Source: the human T2T-CHM13v2.0 reference genome, Homo sapiens
NCBI RefSeq assembly: GCF_009914755.1
Contig: NC_060933.1
Strand: one strand, 5' to 3'
DNA: 64,000 nt
A program made the position numbers and the translations under genes. This document shows positions 62,771 to 64,000 of the stretch, one piece after another. Position 1 is the stretch's first letter. Every line of letters starts with the position of its first letter. The notes under the pieces are model-generated. The model made no database searches and had not been told where the DNA came from. It was given only the letters and a program-made list of their open reading frames with translations.

Positions 62771-63476
62771 CTGGAAGGGAAGCAGAGCCATGTGAGGACG
62801 GGGTGCCCACGGGAAGATGGGCATATGGGGCACCAATGACACAGGCAGGCATGCAGAGACACTCAGAGCCATGCAGACCCATGCAACATGTGTGGGAAAT
62901 ACAGCTACCTGTGGACAGGCCCAAACCCACAGAGCAGGGCTAACAGATACAAATACCCACGTGTGCCACCCTCAGAGTGAAGCTTGGTTTGTAGGAACAG
63001 CACGGTGCGTGCACTGAAGCAGCCCCCAAACACTTCAAACTCACATGAGACCTTGCCCTTGCTTTGTAAGGACAGTCCCACCCACACTGCACCCCACCAT
63101 CTACCAAGTTCATTAGTTCTCTCACCACCTCCAGAAAGCAGGGGAGGCTGGCATCATGGCTACAGATGAGGAAACTGAGGCCCAGGGAGCAAAACCTACT
63201 TAAGGTTATCCAAAACTAGGACTCGGCCCTGGTCCGCTGCCCCCCAAGGCAGAGGCTCTTCCAGTACACCAGGAGGCCCGCTCAGCCACTGGGGTGGGGG
63301 TGAAGGAAGTTTGTGGGGGTGGAAGGGAGAGGGAGCAGCTGGGGTGACTGCTTCTGCTGGGCTGGCCCCCGTGTTGGCAGGAGCGGGAGAGTGGCTCAGG
63401 ACAGGCAGAGTGGGCAGAGGGACCTGGGTGGGGGTTGCTGCCTGGAGGGCTTCTTGGGTCAAGAAGAATTGCAAAA

Positions 63477-63793
63477 GGCCAGGCCCAGTGGCTCGCACCT
63501 GTAATCCCAGCACTTCGGGAGGCCGAGGCAGGTGGATCACTTGAGGTCAAGAGTTTGAGACCAGCCTGGCCAACATGGCAAAACCCCCATCTCTACTAAA
63601 AATACGAAAAATTAGCTGGGCATGGTGGCACGTGCCTGTAGTCCCAGCTACTCAGGAGGCTGAGGCATGAGAATCACTTGAACCTGGGGGTGGGGTGGAG
63701 GTTGCAGTGAGCTGAGATTGTACCACTGCACTCCAGCCTGGGCAACAAAGCGAGACTCTGTCTCAAAAAAAAAAAAAAAAAAAAAAAAAAAAG
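63477..63793 (+). mobile_element. Alu (S-like)
   Basis: Full dimer; aagaattgca flanking duplication. Confidence 0.93.
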
Positions 63794-64000
63794 AATTGCA
63801 GAGGTAGGGGTGGGGAACAGGGACAGGGAGTCTGGCTGAGGTGGTCCAGGCACCCCACATAGCCCCAGAGTGTAAAGAAGCTTTCCGTGGGGCAAAGTCC
63901 CTTGAGTTGGAGTTTTCTGAGCTCTTGGGTCAAGCCCCCTGACTTTCTGGACCTGTATGTGACCATGCTACCCACTGGGGACTGAAGGTCAAGGGCATGG

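Overview
Human (or very close primate) genomic DNA, recognisable as the 9q22.33 NANS-TRIM14-CORO2A locus. Plus strand: the window opens in NANS intron 2 and holds coding exons 3-6 of sialic acid synthase. Minus strand: the complete six-exon TRIM14 gene (1329-nt CDS, 442 aa, B-box/coiled-coil/PRY-SPRY) with a CpG-island promoter carrying an ISRE, then the last two coding exons and 3' UTR of CORO2A. The rest is dense in Alus, with L1 fragments, several LTRs and hAT DNA transposon relics; almost all ORFs in the supplied track are Alu-derived or GC-rich shadow ORFs. I do not find a new multi-gene biological system. The strongest sequence-level observations are: (1) a near-perfect 226-bp copy of TRIM14 3' UTR inserted just past the TRIM14 poly(A) signal, with a 32-bp flanking duplication and CT microhomology at both junctions; (2) a GC-AG intron in TRIM14; (3) an AUG-n-AUG overlapping uORF at the TRIM14 start; (4) a promoter-like CpG island with a four-tetrad G4 motif and an in-frame ATG upstream of the PRY-SPRY exon; (5) candidate NANS poison-splicing sites; (6) ISRE+GAS and GATA motif clusters inside TRIM14 intron 2 repeats. 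Repeat subfamily names and repeat boundaries are by eye and approximate.
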